In this document: positions 61,919-64,000 of the stretch, in pieces
How positions within the stretch are numbered: the stretch's first letter is position 1
Layout: each line of letters begins with the position of its first letter
Source of the DNA: Podospora anserina
Taxonomy: Eukaryota
Assembly (NCBI GenBank): GCA_017654855.1
Contig: CM030335.1
Coordinates: forward strand, 868,001-932,000
Direction of reading: 5' to 3'
Length of the DNA: 64,000 nucleotides
Notes under the pieces: model-generated
Database searches by the model: none
Seen by the model: the letters and a program-made list of their open reading frames with translations, nothing else
What the model was told of the DNA's origin: nothing
Made by a program: the position numbers and the translations under genes

Positions 61919-63639
61919 ATGGAATGGCCACGAGTGGTAAATCCAATATTGACAATTGAAGACAATGGCTGTCTATTTGAGTATGATTGCCCGTCAACTA
62001 TCGTGTCGAAGGTGCTCCGCAACCATGTAAGTAACCCGATAAGTGAATGCATTTGCGTGATAGATGTGTTGAAATGGGAATTGATGAGTTATCTCATAGG
62101 GGAGAGAAACCGAGAGTATTGATCTGAAGAGCGATGGGGATTGGAGCCACTGGTTTCAGGTATTTTATCTCCATGGATAAGAATACATTCGGGTATGGCA
62201 GAGGGAACTCACACGACGGCTCAAGAGTCAAATCTTTGCAGAAAACCTTTTGGAACAACCATCGAAACACCAGGAGCGATCTGGCTACCACATACTCTAA
62301 GTTTCACATACAAGCAACGCACCTTCGTATCTCTGATGGCTGACGCTGAACACCCCCAAGAGTCTGCGGTGCCGTGGGGCCAGCATTCACAGCACTCGAA
62401 CATGTCCCAACTGATCTGTACTACCTTCCCTTTTCTCTACCTCGCTGGCAAAGGATCACCAAGGCCTTCCATCTCCATGATGAAATCTGCAGGGCCTTCA
62501 CCAAGAGCCACGAAGGCGGCTGCGCGACCTACCTCATGCACGGCAACTCACTCCGGATGTACACCTCAGCCATGTCATGGGATCACCAGAGCTGGACCTC
62601 GGCAAATAGCCTCGCAATTTCATCCACCTATATTGAAGCTTCGAAGCTTACTGTCGCGGTCATATTCGGATGTTCAGAACAGCAAATGGCCAGGGTTGAG
62701 GAGCTGCTTGCATCATGTCCGGGGGTCAAGTCACATCCCCTGCTTACGGTCGGGATATTTGCGGAACTACACAAGGATAGGATGCAGGAGATTGTCAAGA
62801 AGGCGATTTATGAGTGCACTGCAGCTATTACAGATCTGAAGCTGGATCGTGATGCGCCTCCGTTGGTGAAGCGAGACTTCAAGCTGAACAGGAAGCTGAG
62901 AAACTGGCGGCTGAAGACGAAGATGGCGGAGGAGGTCAGAACTACCAAGGGTTTGCTCCAGAAGATGATAACGCAGGTTGAGGAGGAGCAGCAGCTGCAA
63001 TCCTTCCAATACGACGGCGAGTTTGCCACGAGCACGCGGAGATTTAAGCAACGGTTTACGGAGATTGAGATTGAGTTGGACGCCCTGATGGCTAGGTGCC
63101 GGATGATGTTTGACGACATGACTTATTCCGAGGAGCTGGTGACTCTTTTCGATCGTATCTTCCGATTGTTTCTTGCCCACATGGGGGCTGAAGTTGGCTT
63201 CAGTTTATGAATGAGCTCCTCAGTGATGATGCCGAGCGAGCAAGGGACCAAGCAAAGATGAGTACGGTCATAGCCTTTGTTGCTATGCTGTATCTTCCAA
63301 TAACAGCTGTGGCGGTAAGAGGTCTTCCTGATAGTAATCTTGGGCTTAGTGCTGATGCGTCTCGTCAAGACAATTTTCGCTATGCCGGTTTTTGATTTTC
63401 AGAACGAGCGGAGAGATATCTACTTCCGAAAGGCAGAGACTGGGGAAGATTCCGATCAACCGCCAGTCCTATCTTCATACTTCTGGGTGTACCTAATTGT
63501 GTCTGTTGTCCTTACCGGATTCACAGTGTTCGGTTGGTGGCATTACGCAAGAGGTACGAGCAAAGCGCACAACCGGAGAAAAGCTTTGAAGCGCATGCGG
63601 CGAGCACATGCGACCACGGGAGGGTGGAACAACTCATGA
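61919..63639 (+). CDS. CorA-like 2TM-domain protein, paralogue B (multi-exon; one weak or mutated donor near 62297-62302)
   Basis: MEWPRVVNP start; LPFSLPRWQRITKAFHLH; HPLLTVGIFAE; coiled coil; IAFVAMLYLPITAVA|TIFAMPVF; YFWVYLIVSVVLTGFTVFGWW. Lacks the GMN motif. Confidence 0.75.
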
Positions 63640-64000
63640 ATCTCGAGGGCGTTTCTTGGGCTTTGGGATCGACCACAAGGAAAGTGTTTGACAATCAAGA
63701 CAAGGTCGGGATATGGAGGGAAACACAATCCTCCACTTCCTTTTATTGACTTGTGGAGTCTGACCTCTTACCAGAAAATGTCTCCGAAGAATCGAACCCA
63801 AAGAACCTGAAGTCGGAGTGAAGAGAATTTGGGCCCAATTGTTCTGGGCCGGGGGGTTTGCTGGACAAATTCTTCCGGTTTAGCGTTGCAAAATGATTGT
63901 CTCTGATTGGCACACGTTGGGTTGCAGCCCTGATAAAGTGGAGGACCGGATGCTTGACCACGTCACACATAATGCCAAGCCAACCCCATCAGGGGTAGCG

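Noticed and set aside
1-64000. Spok meiotic driver, Starship captain recombinase, gasdermin, NLR, tRNA or rRNA genes
   Set aside because: No recognisable motifs by eye; heavily RIPed remnants cannot be excluded without profile searches.

Overview
Filamentous ascomycete genomic DNA. It has short GT-AG introns with CTRAC branch sites and heavy RIP-type C-to-T/G-to-A decay of repeats. Gene and transposon style suggest Sordariales, probably the Podospora anserina complex (inference). About 40% of the window is RIP-degenerated transposons: nested Ty3/Gypsy chromovirus elements at 1-11305 and 44649-53695, and three Fot1/pogo-type DNA transposons (36433-38292, 44089-55002, 56664-58619). The rest holds intact metabolic/stress genes: two GMC oxidoreductases, a heme-thiolate peroxygenase, a Zn-dehydrogenase, a hemerythrin/HHE protein and a GT25. 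It also holds a largely decaying set of immunity/cell-death-type genes: an S8 protease, three HET-domain genes, F-box and 2EXR relics, and two CorA-like 2TM genes. Most notable: (1) every Gypsy copy hides a RIP-masked antisense ORF (Cys6 Zn-finger-like + coiled coil, spliced in two of three subfamilies) that varies together with the LTR U3 repeats while pol and R/U5 stay conserved; (2) a tiny spliced gene encodes a ubiquitin-tail mimic (LRGG) followed by a Cys-rich CCII-terminated peptide; (3) a three-LTR composite retroelement with captured DNA lies between a single pair of target-site duplications.
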